A stretch of DNA of 64,000 nt from an uncultured Candidatus Binatia bacterium (GCA_965215605.1 OZ244070.1:2752001-2816000); one strand, 5' to 3'; shown: positions 30,063-42,930, counted from the stretch's first letter. Numbers and translations: made by a program. The notes: generated from the sequence alone by a model not told the origin.

Positions 30063-30926
30063 ATGACCACCAAACGCGAAGTGCGCATCGGCTGTGTCCA
30101 GACGCCGGCGCTGGCGACCTTCGACGAGGCCATCGAAGCGGCCCGCCGTCTGGCCGGCGACGCGGTGGCGGCTGGCGCCGAGTTGGTGTGCCTGCCCGAG
30201 TTCTGCGGCGGCCTCGCGACCGAGAACGGCGTGCTCAAGCCCCCGGCCGCGCCGGAATCGAGCCACCCGGTGCTGGAGGCGTTGCGCGCCTTCACCCGCG
30301 ATGCCGGCGTGTGGATGCTCATCGGCTCCGTGGCAGTGGACGGGCCCGGCGGCCGCCTCATCAACCGCGGCTTGCTGGTTGACGACACAGGGGCCGTCCG
30401 CGCCCGCTACGACAAGATCCATCTTTTCGACGTCGACCTCTCCGAAACCGAGCGCTACCGTGAGTCCGCGGTCGTCAGTCCCGGCCAGCATGCCGTGGTG
30501 GCGGACACCCCTTGGGGCCGCCTCGGCATGACCACATGCTACGACCTGCGCTTCCCCCACCTCTACCGCTCGCTCGCCCAGGCCGGTGCCGAGATCCTGG
30601 CGGTGCCCGCGGCTTTCACCAAGGTCACTGGAGAGGCTCACTGGCACGTGCTGAACCGCGCCCGCGCCATCGAGAACGGCACCGTCGTGGTGGCTCCCTG
30701 CTCCGTCGGCCCCGTGCCCGGGGGTGGCGCGGTCTACGGCCACTCGCTCATCGTCTCCCCCTGGGGCGAGATCCTCGCCGAGGGCGGCGACGGCGTCGGG
30801 GTCATCGTCGCCGCCGTCGACATGGAGAGCGTCGCCAGCGTCCGCGAACGCGTGCCGAGCCTGCGGCACGACCGGCCCTTCAGTCAGCCAGCCCATCCGT
30901 TGCCGGATCGACGTTCGGTGGCGTGA
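30063..30926 (+). CDS. Carbon-nitrogen hydrolase (Nit1/deaminated glutathione amidase-like)
   Basis: E-K-C triad: LPEF, YDKIHLFD, CYDLRFP; RARAIEN. Confidence 0.9.
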   Translation: MTTKREVRIGCVQTPALATFDEAIEAARRLAGDAVAAGAELVCLPEFCGGLATENGVLKPPAAPESSHPVLEALRAFTRDAGVWMLIGSVAVDGPGGRLINRGLLVDDTGAVRARYDKIHLFDVDLSETERYRESAVVSPGQHAVVADTPWGRLGMTTCYDLRFPHLYRSLAQAGAEILAVPAAFTKVTGEAHWHVLNRARAIENGTVVVAPCSVGPVPGGGAVYGHSLIVSPWGEILAEGGDGVGVIVAAVDMESVASVRERVPSLRHDRPFSQPAHPLPDRRSVA

Positions 30927-30944
30927 CGGGCCGTCGCAAGCGAG

Positions 30945-31439
30945 TTGCTCGTGAAAGAACTGATCATCGTACGGCACGCCAAGTCGAGCTGGAAGGACGC
31001 CGGCCTCGCCGATCGCGAAAGGCCTCTCAACAAAAGGGGTGAACGCGACGCGCCCGAGATGGGGGCACGGCTGGCACGGCGCAAGTACAGGCCGGATCTG
31101 ATCGTGTCGAGTCCGGCGGTACGGGCTCTGACGACGGCGCGGATCATCGCCAAGACGCTCGGCTACCCGCGCAAGGACATCGTGGTAAACGACCGGCTTT
31201 ACGGCGCCGGCATCGTCGAACTGCTCGATGTGATCCGCAACACGGACGAGTCTGTGGCGACACTGATGTTGTTCGGCCACAACCCCGGGCTGACCGAGCT
31301 GGCCAATCACTTGGGGCTACGGCCGATCGCGAACCTGCCCACCTGCGGCGTGCTGCATCTCAGGTTCCATCCCGACACTTGGTTCGTCGTCGGACATGTC
31401 CTGGGCGGCGAGGTGCTGTTCGACTTCCCCAAAAGTTAG
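30945..31439 (+). CDS. SixA-like histidine phosphatase
   Basis: RHAKSSW, RPLN, SSPAVRA, GHNP. Confidence 0.9.
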   Translation: MLVKELIIVRHAKSSWKDAGLADRERPLNKRGERDAPEMGARLARRKYRPDLIVSSPAVRALTTARIIAKTLGYPRKDIVVNDRLYGAGIVELLDVIRNTDESVATLMLFGHNPGLTELANHLGLRPIANLPTCGVLHLRFHPDTWFVVGHVLGGEVLFDFPKS

Positions 31440-31571
31440 CCCACGCGTCACTCCACGCTTCTCAATTTCCCCGCCACGAATTTGTGGGGAACGCTCCCCA
31501 TGGTGTGTGCCTTTTGTCAACGTCTGTATTCGCCCGCGTGTTGCCCTTCCAGCCGTTCCAGGTGTCGCGCC

Positions 31572-34727
<3,156 letters not shown>

Positions 34728-34733
34728 GGTTCT

Positions 34734-36311
34734 CTACTCCACCTTCCCGTGCAGGAACCAGCCGCGCCGCTTGGAGTCATAGTAGATCCACAGCCACGGG
34801 CCCTCGCCGTCACGGATGAAGTGGTACTCGCGGTGCACGCCGGCGCCGGACCCCCACCATCCTCCGGAGATGATGTAGGGGCCGGTCGAAGACGTCATTC
34901 CCGCGAAAGTTTGCCCTCGACCCCGATCGGGGGCGGGAATCCTGGATTCCCGCCTTTGCGGGAATGACGGAGAGAGGTGTGGGGATGACGATGCGGGTGT
35001 TGCCGTTCCCGTATCCATGTGGAGTCTTGACGCAGTCTTGTGCGGAAGCCGGACGGGCTTGGGGAAGAAACGCCGCACCAGCGGGCGCAGCCGGACCGGT
35101 CGCGGCCTCGGCGCCGGCACGTCTTCCATGGGCTCCCAGGTGAAGCGCGCCTCCGGAAGATGCCCGGCACGGGGCCGCGCCCGCAGCAGCGCGCCGTCGC
35201 CGAACCGGGCGCGCAGCCGCGCCAGTGCACGATTCGCCGCGTCGCGGTCGCGCGCGGCGCCGTCACGGAAAAGCTCTCCCTGCCGGATACCCGGCGAACT
35301 CCCCTGGAGTTCCATGAGGATTTCCGTCACCCCGGCCGGCAGCTCCGTGGCTTCCATGCGGAGCCGCAGCAACTCCAGGATCTGCGCCCGGTCCAGGGTG
35401 GGTCGGGCCGGCCGCAGGGTCTCGGCCTTCTCCGACTTGTCGTCCAGCCGGAGCTGGAGGAGGAGGGCGGTCATCACCTCGTGCCGCTGCTCCAGCGCTT
35501 CAAGCAAAGGCTCCAGCAGCTTCTCCATGAGCACCGTCAGCCGCTGGCGGTCGCTCTCCGGGTAGTCCAGGAAGATCCCCGCGGCGGTGGGCTCGGACGG
35601 CGCCTCCGGATGGAGCGGGCTCCACAGGTCGCCCGTGGCCAGCCGGTGGAGCCGGTGGGCTTCCCGTCCCAGCCGCGAGCGCACCTGGGACGCGGGCAGG
35701 TCCAGGAAGCCGCCCAGGGTGTGGATACCGAGCCGGGCCAGGAGGTCGCGGACCTTGGGGACGAGGTCGAGACGTTCGATCCGGACGTCGCGGACATGTT
35801 TGTGCTCTTCCTCGGGCGTGCGGAAGACCACGACCCGGTCGCTGGCCCTGGCCGCGGCATAGCTGCCGAAACGAGAGAACCCTACGGCCACGGTGTTGCG
35901 AAGGCCGGCGCCGTCGAGGTCGCCGTGGATGAGCCCGGCCCATTCCTCCAGGCGGGGATGGAGCAGGGAAAGCCCCGAGGCCCCGAGCCAGAACACACCG
36001 GGCTCGTCCCGGGAGGGCTCCACCTCGGCGGCGAAGCGCCGCAGGCGTGGAACCAGGCCGGCCACGGCCTTGTCGATGGCCAAGGGGGCAATGACGTCCG
36101 CCCGGAGATGGCGCGAGAGCGCGAGCCCCGCGCCATAGCTCATGCCCGGGAGGATGCACATGGCCCGCGCCCGCCGGTTTACCCAGAGGATGGTCCCCTG
36201 GGCCTTGTCCCGGTCCACCACCGCGGCGGGATGGTCTTTCCAGTCCGGATGGTCCCGGAGCAGCAGTTGCAGGGGAAAGGCTGCAAGGTCAACACAGGCC
36301 ATCCGTTCCAC
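34734..36311 (-). CDS. imuB: ImuB (inactive Y-family polymerase)
   Basis: Lies between imuA and dnaE2; HLPE, GPY..SGGWW, REY, WFLHG; GTG start inferred. Confidence 0.88.
   Translation of the reverse strand: MERMACVDLAAFPLQLLLRDHPDWKDHPAAVVDRDKAQGTILWVNRRARAMCILPGMSYGAGLALSRHLRADVIAPLAIDKAVAGLVPRLRRFAAEVEPSRDEPGVFWLGASGLSLLHPRLEEWAGLIHGDLDGAGLRNTVAVGFSRFGSYAAARASDRVVVFRTPEEEHKHVRDVRIERLDLVPKVRDLLARLGIHTLGGFLDLPASQVRSRLGREAHRLHRLATGDLWSPLHPEAPSEPTAAGIFLDYPESDRQRLTVLMEKLLEPLLEALEQRHEVMTALLLQLRLDDKSEKAETLRPARPTLDRAQILELLRLRMEATELPAGVTEILMELQGSSPGIRQGELFRDGAARDRDAANRALARLRARFGDGALLRARPRAGHLPEARFTWEPMEDVPAPRPRPVRLRPLVRRFFPKPVRLPHKTASRLHMDTGTATPASSSPHLSPSFPQRRESRIPAPDRGRGQTFAGMTSSTGPYIISGGWWGSGAGVHREYHFIRDGEGPWLWIYYDSKRRGWFLHGKVE
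34893..34969. repeat. REP-like palindromic element inserted in-frame in imuB
   Basis: CGTCATTCCCGCGAAAG...GCGGGAATCC-TGGATTCCCGCCTTTGCGGGAATGACG. Confidence 0.8.
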
Positions 36312-36936
36312 GGCAAGACTCCATGTGGCTCCATCCCGGTGCACCGCGCTTGTCCTTGACCATGCGGATTTCCCAGTCGAAGCGGCTGAAGGCGGTTCTC
36401 GAAATCCTTCCTTCACCGTGAAGCGACACGAGCGGTCCCAGCGAGGGCGCGCCCCTCTTCTTGCGGGTGAGGCAGAGGAGCGCCGCGTGGTGCTTCCGGG
36501 CCAAGGCCGCCAGGCGGCTCTGGACCGCCATGTGCATCCGTGTCTCGGCCTTCAGGTCCAGCACCACCAGGCCGAACGCGCCGGAGCGCAGTAGCTGGTC
36601 GGCCGCGCGGGACGCGGCGAGAGCATCGGGGACCCGGACCACCGGCAGGGCCTCGAGATCGATGCCCCACTCGGCGAAATCCGGCGGAAAGAAGATCGAG
36701 TTGCCGAAGCCGATCCACGCCGCGGGCTCTCCCCGCTGCTGGGCCTGGAGGATCAACGCAGCCGCGGCGGTGAGGGAAGGGGCCGCGCCCGAGTCCGACA
36801 TTTCGGTGAGCCGTCCGGCCAGGGAGGACAGGTTCCATGCCCTCGGGGTCTCGCGGACAGGCCGGCGCCGTGGCGTCGCGGGGGCGGCGCCCGAAGCCGG
36901 TATGGCGTCGTGAGTCTTTTCGGCGAAAACGTCCAT
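36289..36936 (-). CDS. imuA: ImuA (RecA-like)
   Basis: GRLTE, FFPPD, LLRSGAFGLVVLD; first gene after lexA. Confidence 0.85.
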   Translation of the reverse strand: MDVFAEKTHDAIPASGAAPATPRRRPVRETPRAWNLSSLAGRLTEMSDSGAAPSLTAAAALILQAQQRGEPAAWIGFGNSIFFPPDFAEWGIDLEALPVVRVPDALAASRAADQLLRSGAFGLVVLDLKAETRMHMAVQSRLAALARKHHAALLCLTRKKRGAPSLGPLVSLHGEGRISRTAFSRFDWEIRMVKDKRGAPGWSHMESCRGTDGLC

Positions 36937-37023
36937 GAAAGCTCTCCGTGTCCCGCAAAAGGCAAAGGATCGGGCGCCGGGAACACGTTGCCCCGGATGC
37001 CGCGCCCATGCGATCCTTCGGGT

Positions 37024-37626
37024 CTATCCTTCCAGATAGCGTCTCACCTCCACCACCTTGCCCAGGACGGTGCACTCATCGGCCCTGGGAACGATGGTTG
37101 CGAAAGCCGGGTTCTCCGGGTGTAGCTCGATCCGGCTCCGGCGCAGCCGGAGCCTCTTGATGGTGGCCTCGTCGCCCACCAGGGCCACGACGATGTCGCC
37201 CGAGGCGGCTTCCGCCTGCTGCCTCACGACGACGATGTCGCCCGGAAGGATGCCCGCCCCGGTCATGCTCTCCCCCTGGACCCGGAGCCCGAACACGTCT
37301 TCCGAGCCCCGTGACTGGACCGGGATGTAGCCTTCGCATTCCTCGATGGCTGCCCGCAGCCCGCCCGCCTGCACCCGTCCCAGCAGCGGCACGAACAGCG
37401 TCCCGGGCTCCCGGGGCAGACGATAGCCCCTGGATTTCCCGTGCGCCTTGACCAGCCGCCCCTCGGCCACCAGCCGCTCCAGATGCTGCCGGGCGGTCTG
37501 CACCGCCCTGAACCGGAACGCCTCCTGGACCTCCCGCACCGTGGGAGGAAGCTCCTCCAGGGTCCGCCTGCGCACGAACCGGTAAACCTTGTCACGGGTC
37601 TCTCCCGGTGGAGTGAAGGGTGTCAT
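37024..37626 (-). CDS. lexA: LexA repressor
   Basis: PTVRE helix, VQAG cleavage site, GESM catalytic Ser, ATIK catalytic Lys. Confidence 0.93.
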   Translation of the reverse strand: MTPFTPPGETRDKVYRFVRRRTLEELPPTVREVQEAFRFRAVQTARQHLERLVAEGRLVKAHGKSRGYRLPREPGTLFVPLLGRVQAGGLRAAIEECEGYIPVQSRGSEDVFGLRVQGESMTGAGILPGDIVVVRQQAEAASGDIVVALVGDEATIKRLRLRRSRIELHPENPAFATIVPRADECTVLGKVVEVRRYLEG

Positions 37627-37636
37627 GAGGATGCAC

Positions 37637-37658
37637 ATACCAGACTTTTGTCTGGTAT
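37637..37658. promoter_or_regulatory. Putative LexA operator (perfect palindrome)
   Basis: ATACCAGAC-TTTT-GTCTGGTAT, about 10 nt upstream of the lexA ATG. Confidence 0.65.
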
Positions 37659-37696
37659 ACAAGAAGAATAGACTGGCGTGAAACTCGCCGCTGCCG

Positions 37697-37820
37697 TCAC
37701 TTCGCGGCGTCTACCGTGCGGACGTGTCCGTGAGCAGCGTCGGCGAGGATCGCGTCGTCGGCGGTCAGGAGCCCTGGGTCGTCGTTGACGACCCAGATCA
37801 ACGCATGGGTGTCGAATCAA
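37697..37820 (-). pseudogene. Internally deleted PIN-domain (VapC-like) toxin remnant
   Basis: Minus-strand frame reads DTHALIWVVNDDP (PIN N-terminus) joined to LLTADDAILADAAHGHVRTVDAAK* (PIN C-terminus); start degraded. Confidence 0.6.
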
Positions 37821-37912
37821 GGCCCTTACACCACAAGGAAAGCCGAGCACATGCACAGCATCTTGATTGCATCGCAATCCCCGCTTAAATTGACAACCAT
37901 GGGAGGACGAAC

Positions 37913-37969
37913 ATGGCGAGCATCACGATCCGCAATCTCGACGACGAGGTGAAGACGCGCGCTCGATGA
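37913..37969 (+). pseudogene. Truncated FitA-like ribbon-helix-helix antitoxin
   Basis: GGAGG SD then MASITIRNLDDEVKTR, cut at the junction with the IS3 remnant; upstream palindrome GATTGC-ATC-GCAATC (37865-37879). Confidence 0.7.
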
Positions 37970-38630
37970 AGATGTTGTCCATGCACCGGCCCCTGCCGTC
38001 CATGGAGATGGCGACGCCGGCGTCCTTGAGCACGGAGGTGAACTCCAGGCTGGTGAACTGGCTGCCCTGGTCGGTGTTGAAGATCTCGGGAGGGCCGTAG
38101 CGTTCCAGAGCCTCTGAGAGGGCCTCGACACAGAAGCGGGCATCGAGGGTGTTCGACAGCCTCCAGGAGAGCACCCGGCGGGTGGCCCAGTCCATCACCG
38201 CCACCAGGTACAGGAAGCCCTTCTGGACAGGGATATAGGTTATATCTGCGGTCCACGCGTGATTGGGCCGTTCGATGGCGACCCCCTTGAGCCGATAGGG
38301 GTAGACCCGGTGCTCGGGATGCGGTCGGGTGGTCCGCGGCGCCTGGTAGATGGCCTGGAGACCCATCAGGCGCATCAGACGCCGCACCCGGTGACGACCC
38401 ACACGGTCGCCCTCCCGCCACAGATGGCGGACCATCTGGCGGCTGCCGTAGAAGGGGTACTCCAGGAACAGCTTGTCGATCCGGCGCATCAGCGCCAGAT
38501 TCTCCGCGCTCTCGCCCTTGGGCCTGTGGTACACGGAGGATCGACTCACTCGAAGCAGATGGCATTGACGGCTCAAGCTGAGCTTGGGATGGCCGGGCTC
38601 GATCATCCCCCGGCGCTTCTCCCGGCTCAC
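37961..38630 (-). pseudogene. IS3 transposase OrfB (rve integrase), C-terminally truncated
   Basis: YGSR, WTADITY, NTDQGSQF, DNIFIER, then the break; GTGA overlap with orfA. Confidence 0.88.
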
Positions 38631-38908
38631 CACTTGAGCCCTTTGGCCAAAAAATCCCGCTCCACCGTCAACTCCCCGATCTTCGCGTGCAGGTCCCGAA
38701 CCTCCCCCTCGTGGTCGCCCCTCGTCCGCTCCGCACCCTTCGTGAAAACCTCCTTCATCCCCTCCACCGCACGCTGCTTCCACGTGCTCACCTGGTTCGG
38801 ATGAACCTTGTGCCGCACAGCGATCTCCTGGATCGTCTTGTCCCCCCGCAGCGCCTCCAGCGCCACCTTCGCCTTGAACTCTCCGCTGAACCTTCGTCGT
38901 GTGCTCAT
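38627..38908 (-). CDS. IS3 transposase OrfA (HTH)
   Basis: FKAKVALEA, VHPNQV..WK, KIGELTVERDFL. Confidence 0.92.
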   Translation of the reverse strand: MSTRRRFSGEFKAKVALEALRGDKTIQEIAVRHKVHPNQVSTWKQRAVEGMKEVFTKGAERTRGDHEGEVRDLHAKIGELTVERDFLAKGLKW

Positions 38909-39085
38909 TGCGTATCCCTCCCTAAGTCGGTGGAATACACCTTAGCAACCTGTCCGATTTTCCAGGACCACCTCAGTCTGCCGCCTCCCTATCCTCCCGA
39001 TTCGCACCCCACGGCCTGATCTGCTAAAAATTTTCCAATCTCGCTCCGAACCCCACGAACAATCCCGGGGCCGGGAGGATGCAGC

Positions 39086-40018
39086 TTGATCGAGGTCGAG
39101 GGTCTCACCCGAAAGTATGGTGATCTGGTGGCGGTGGACGATGCTTCCTTTTCCATCGGGAAGGGGGAGGTCGTCGGCCTGCTGGGGCATAACGGCGCCG
39201 GCAAGACCACCATCATGCGCATGCTCACCGGCTACATCGAACCCACCGCCGGGTCGGTGGTCATCGACGGCATGCCGCTTTACGACGCGCGACTGAGCAT
39301 CCAGCGGAAGATTGGCTATCTGTCCGAGAACGCTCCGCTTTATCCGGACATGTCGGTGGTGCGCTATCTCGAGTACGTGGCCGACCTGCGCGGGGTCCCG
39401 CGCGCCGGCCGTCCGTCCGTGCTCAGGCGGGCGCTGGAGCGGACATGGCTGACGGACCGGGCGCTGGATCCCGTGGGCACGCTCTCGAAGGGCTACAAGC
39501 AGCGGCTGGGAGTGGCCCAGGCCATCGTGCATGAGCCGGAGATCCTGATCCTCGACGAGCCCACCAACGGTCTGGACCCCACGCAGATCTTCCAGATGCG
39601 GTCGCTGGTCCGGGACTTGAGCGAGAACGCCACCATCATCGTCTCCACGCACGTCCTTCAGGAGGTGGAGGCGATATGCGAACGGGTGATCATCATGGTG
39701 CAGGGACGCATCGCGGTGGATGCCCGGCTGAGTGAGCTGCAGCAGTCCCACCGGCTGGTGGTGGGGCTCGGCAATCCGTCCGACGAAGCGGCGGAACGGC
39801 TCGGGGAGCTTCCGGGAGTGGGGCTGGTGTCGCCGGCGGAGGGGCCGCGCGGAGAGAGCTACGCCCTGGATCTCGAGGTTCCCGTGGACGAGGTGGCTCC
39901 CGGCGTGGCCAGGGAAGCGGTCGAACGCGGCTGGGATCTCTTTCGCATGAGCGAGGAGGCCCGTACCCTGGAGACCGTGTTCCGCGAGGTAGGGGAGAGA
40001 GGCGGCCATGTCCGGTAG
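39086..40018 (+). CDS. ABC transporter ATP-binding protein (GldA-like)
   Basis: GHNGAGKTT, LSKGYKQR, ILDEPT, STH. Confidence 0.93.
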   Translation: MIEVEGLTRKYGDLVAVDDASFSIGKGEVVGLLGHNGAGKTTIMRMLTGYIEPTAGSVVIDGMPLYDARLSIQRKIGYLSENAPLYPDMSVVRYLEYVADLRGVPRAGRPSVLRRALERTWLTDRALDPVGTLSKGYKQRLGVAQAIVHEPEILILDEPTNGLDPTQIFQMRSLVRDLSENATIIVSTHVLQEVEAICERVIIMVQGRIAVDARLSELQQSHRLVVGLGNPSDEAAERLGELPGVGLVSPAEGPRGESYALDLEVPVDEVAPGVAREAVERGWDLFRMSEEARTLETVFREVGERGGHVR

Positions 40019-42908
40019 CATCTGGAGCATCGCCAGGAAGGAGTTCTCCACCTATTTCTCTTCGCCGGTGGCGTTCATCTTTCTGGGGACGTTCTCGGCC
40101 GTGTGCCTGTTCATCTTCTTCTGGGTCGAGCAGTTCTTTGCGCGCAACATCGTCGATGCAAGGCCGTTGTTCGAGTGGATGCCGATCCTGCTCATCTTTC
40201 TCAGCGCGGCCCTGACCATGAAGATGTGGAGCGAAGAACGGCGCATGGAGACCCTGGAGTTCCTCTTCACCATGCCGGTCAAGACGCTCCATCTGGTGCT
40301 GGGCAAGTTCCTGGCCTGTCTGGGGCTGGTGGCCATCGCCCTGGCGCTGACCCTGGGCGTGCCGGTCACCGTTTCGTTCATGGGCCCCCTCGACTGGGGC
40401 CCGGTGCTGGGCGCCTACACGGCGTCGCTGCTGCTGGCGGCCGCCTACTGCTCCATCGGCCTCTACATCAGCGCGCGTAACGAGAGTCAGATCGCCAGCC
40501 TCATCCTCACCACCGTCATCGGCTTCGTGTTCTACCTGTTGGGGTCCCTGACGTTCGGTTTTCTGGCGGGCGTCCAGTGGGCCGAATACCTCGGTCTGGC
40601 CGCCACGGGCGTCCGCTTCGAGTCCATCACCCGGGGCGTCCTGGACCTTCGGGACATCTACTACTACGTCAGCATCGTCGGCGTATTTCTCGCCTTGAAC
40701 GTCTTTTCCCTGGAGCGGCTGCGGTGGTCGCGGGAGGGCCAGAAGACGCGCCACCGCGCCTGGCGGGCCGTGACTGCGCTGGTGGTGCTCAATTTCGTCC
40801 TGGCCAACTTCTGGCTCCACCGCGGACTGACGGCGCGCGCGGACCTCACGGCGGGAAAGGACTACTCCATTTCCCAGGCGACCCGGGACCTCGTCGCCCA
40901 GTTGCAGGAGCCGCTGCTCATCCGGGGTTACTTCAGCGCCCGCACCCACCCGGTGCTGGCGCCGCTGGTGCCCCGGATCCGGGATACCATTCGCGAGATC
41001 GAGTCCATCGGCGGCGGCCGCGTGCGCACGGAGTTCGTGGACCCACGGGAGGAGCCCGGTCTCGAGGAGGAGGCCAATCAGCGCTACGGCATCCGGCCGG
41101 TCCCCTTCCGGACAGAGGACCGCTACCAGACTTCGCTGGTCAACTCGTACTTCGACCTGCTGATCCAGTACGGCGACAAGCACGAGGTGCTGCGGTTCCA
41201 GGATCTGATCGAGATCAAGGGCGGGCGGACGGGAACCGACGTGCGCCTTCGGAACCTCGAGTACGATCTGGCCCGGGCCATCAAGAAGGTGCTGTACGGC
41301 TTTCAGGACATTGGTGCGCTGTTCGCCGGCATCGATCAGCCGGTGGAATTCCGGGGATATGTCTCGTCGGTGGACAAGCTGCCGAAGTCCATCGCGCCCT
41401 TCAAGCGCCACTTGCTGACGTCGCTGAGGGAACTCCGCAAGGAATCGGAGGGAAAGTTCAATTACGAGATCATCGATCCCGAGGCCAAGGGTGTCGCCGA
41501 GCAATTGGCCCAACAGTACGGCTTCCGGCCCATGGCGGCGGGACCCTTCGATCCGAAACGCTTTTATTTCTACATGGTCATGAAGAACAACGGCAACACG
41601 GTGCAGGTGCCCCTGCCCGGGAAGCTGAACCAGGAATCCGCCAAACGGAGCGTGGAGTCCGCGCTCCGCAGGTTTGCCCCTGGGTTCATCAAGACCGTCG
41701 GCTTCCACACCCCGCCGCCGGAGCCCCGGCAGCCGGGAGCGCGTTTCCAGCCGCCGCCCCGGCAGTTCCGGTTCGTGCTGCAGAAGCTCAGGCAGAACTA
41801 CCGCCTCGCCGAGGTGGACCTCAAGTCCGGGCTGGTGCCGGAGAACGTGGATCTGCTGCTGCTCGCGGCACCCAAGGAGCTGACGCCGAAGCAGCGGTTC
41901 GCCGTGGACCAGTTTCTCATGAAGGGCGGCTCCGTGGCGGTGTTGACCTCGCCCTACACCGTGGCACGCACCCCGGCCGGTCTCGCCGCCAGCCGCCACA
42001 CCTCGAACCTCGAACCGCTGCTGGAGCACTACGGCGTGACGGTGCAGAAGACCCTGGTGCTGGATCCACGGAACGAGCCCTTCCCGGTGTTCGTGAACCG
42101 CAAGGCGGGCGCCTTTACCGTCCGTGAGCTGCAGCTCGTGCCGTATCCCTACTTCGTCGACGTCAGGGGCGAGGGCCTGAACCAGGACAACCCCATCACT
42201 TCCCGGCTGCCCCAGTTGACCCTGAGCTGGACCTCGCCGCTGACTCTTCCCGAAGAACAGCCCGGCGGCGTCACCGCGACGACGCTGCTTTCCAGCTCCG
42301 GGGAGTCCTGGGTCTCGAGCTCCCTGAAGGTGCATCCCGATTTCAAGGTCCACCCGAAGCTTGGGTTCGAGAAGGAGGGACAACCCAAGGGATGGGTGCT
42401 GGCAGCGGTGGTGGAAGGCAGTTTCCGTTCCTACTACGCGGGCAAGGAATCGCCGTTGCTGGCCAGGGAAGACGGCGGTGAAGAGAAGCCGACGCCGCCC
42501 GAGGGCGGCGAGGCCGCGGAGAAGAAGGACGGCGAGGAGGAGCCGGTGGTGACCGGCATGATCGAAAAGTCGCCGGAGTCGGCCCGAATCATCCTGGTGG
42601 GTTCCAATGATGCTTTCACCGACCAGACCCTCCAGTTGTCACGCGCGGCAAACAACGACCGGTTCGTGAACTCGCTGCAATTCCTGGAGAACGTGGCGGA
42701 CTGGGCCTTGGAGGACCGCGCCCTGCTGTCCATCCGGAGCCGCGCCCACTTCGCCCGCACCCTCGTGCCGATGACCCGCGAGCAGAAGGCCTTCTGGGAG
42801 TACCTGAACTACGGCATCGTGCTGATGGGCTTGGCGTTGATCTACGGCGGCTACCGGTATCATCTGCGCCGCCTGCGCGACTCATACGAGAGAATGCTGA
42901 CGGCGTAG
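40008..42908 (+). CDS. ABC-2 permease fused to a GldG-like auxiliary domain (GldF-GldG fusion)
   Basis: ARKE..YF.SP and EER...TLE.L.T.P permease; DLT....YSIS, DQFLMKGG and C-terminal TM of GldG type. Confidence 0.88.
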   Translation: MSGSIWSIARKEFSTYFSSPVAFIFLGTFSAVCLFIFFWVEQFFARNIVDARPLFEWMPILLIFLSAALTMKMWSEERRMETLEFLFTMPVKTLHLVLGKFLACLGLVAIALALTLGVPVTVSFMGPLDWGPVLGAYTASLLLAAAYCSIGLYISARNESQIASLILTTVIGFVFYLLGSLTFGFLAGVQWAEYLGLAATGVRFESITRGVLDLRDIYYYVSIVGVFLALNVFSLERLRWSREGQKTRHRAWRAVTALVVLNFVLANFWLHRGLTARADLTAGKDYSISQATRDLVAQLQEPLLIRGYFSARTHPVLAPLVPRIRDTIREIESIGGGRVRTEFVDPREEPGLEEEANQRYGIRPVPFRTEDRYQTSLVNSYFDLLIQYGDKHEVLRFQDLIEIKGGRTGTDVRLRNLEYDLARAIKKVLYGFQDIGALFAGIDQPVEFRGYVSSVDKLPKSIAPFKRHLLTSLRELRKESEGKFNYEIIDPEAKGVAEQLAQQYGFRPMAAGPFDPKRFYFYMVMKNNGNTVQVPLPGKLNQESAKRSVESALRRFAPGFIKTVGFHTPPPEPRQPGARFQPPPRQFRFVLQKLRQNYRLAEVDLKSGLVPENVDLLLLAAPKELTPKQRFAVDQFLMKGGSVAVLTSPYTVARTPAGLAASRHTSNLEPLLEHYGVTVQKTLVLDPRNEPFPVFVNRKAGAFTVRELQLVPYPYFVDVRGEGLNQDNPITSRLPQLTLSWTSPLTLPEEQPGGVTATTLLSSSGESWVSSSLKVHPDFKVHPKLGFEKEGQPKGWVLAAVVEGSFRSYYAGKESPLLAREDGGEEKPTPPEGGEAAEKKDGEEEPVVTGMIEKSPESARIILVGSNDAFTDQTLQLSRAANNDRFVNSLQFLENVADWALEDRALLSIRSRAHFARTLVPMTREQKAFWEYLNYGIVLMGLALIYGGYRYHLRRLRDSYERMLTA

Positions 42909-42930
42909 CCTTGATGGAAGGGTTTTCCGC

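Larger units (their letters stand above)
37961..38975 (-). mobile_element. Truncated IS3-family insertion sequence
   Basis: Left end TGAGGTGGTCCTGGAAAATCGGACA at 38975, then orfA and orfB; right end missing. Confidence 0.9.

Noticed and set aside
39693-42383. 896-aa antisense ORF, and many similar long antisense or alternative-frame ORFs
   Set aside because: These mirror well-supported genes, are expected in high-GC DNA with few stop codons, and carry no motifs.
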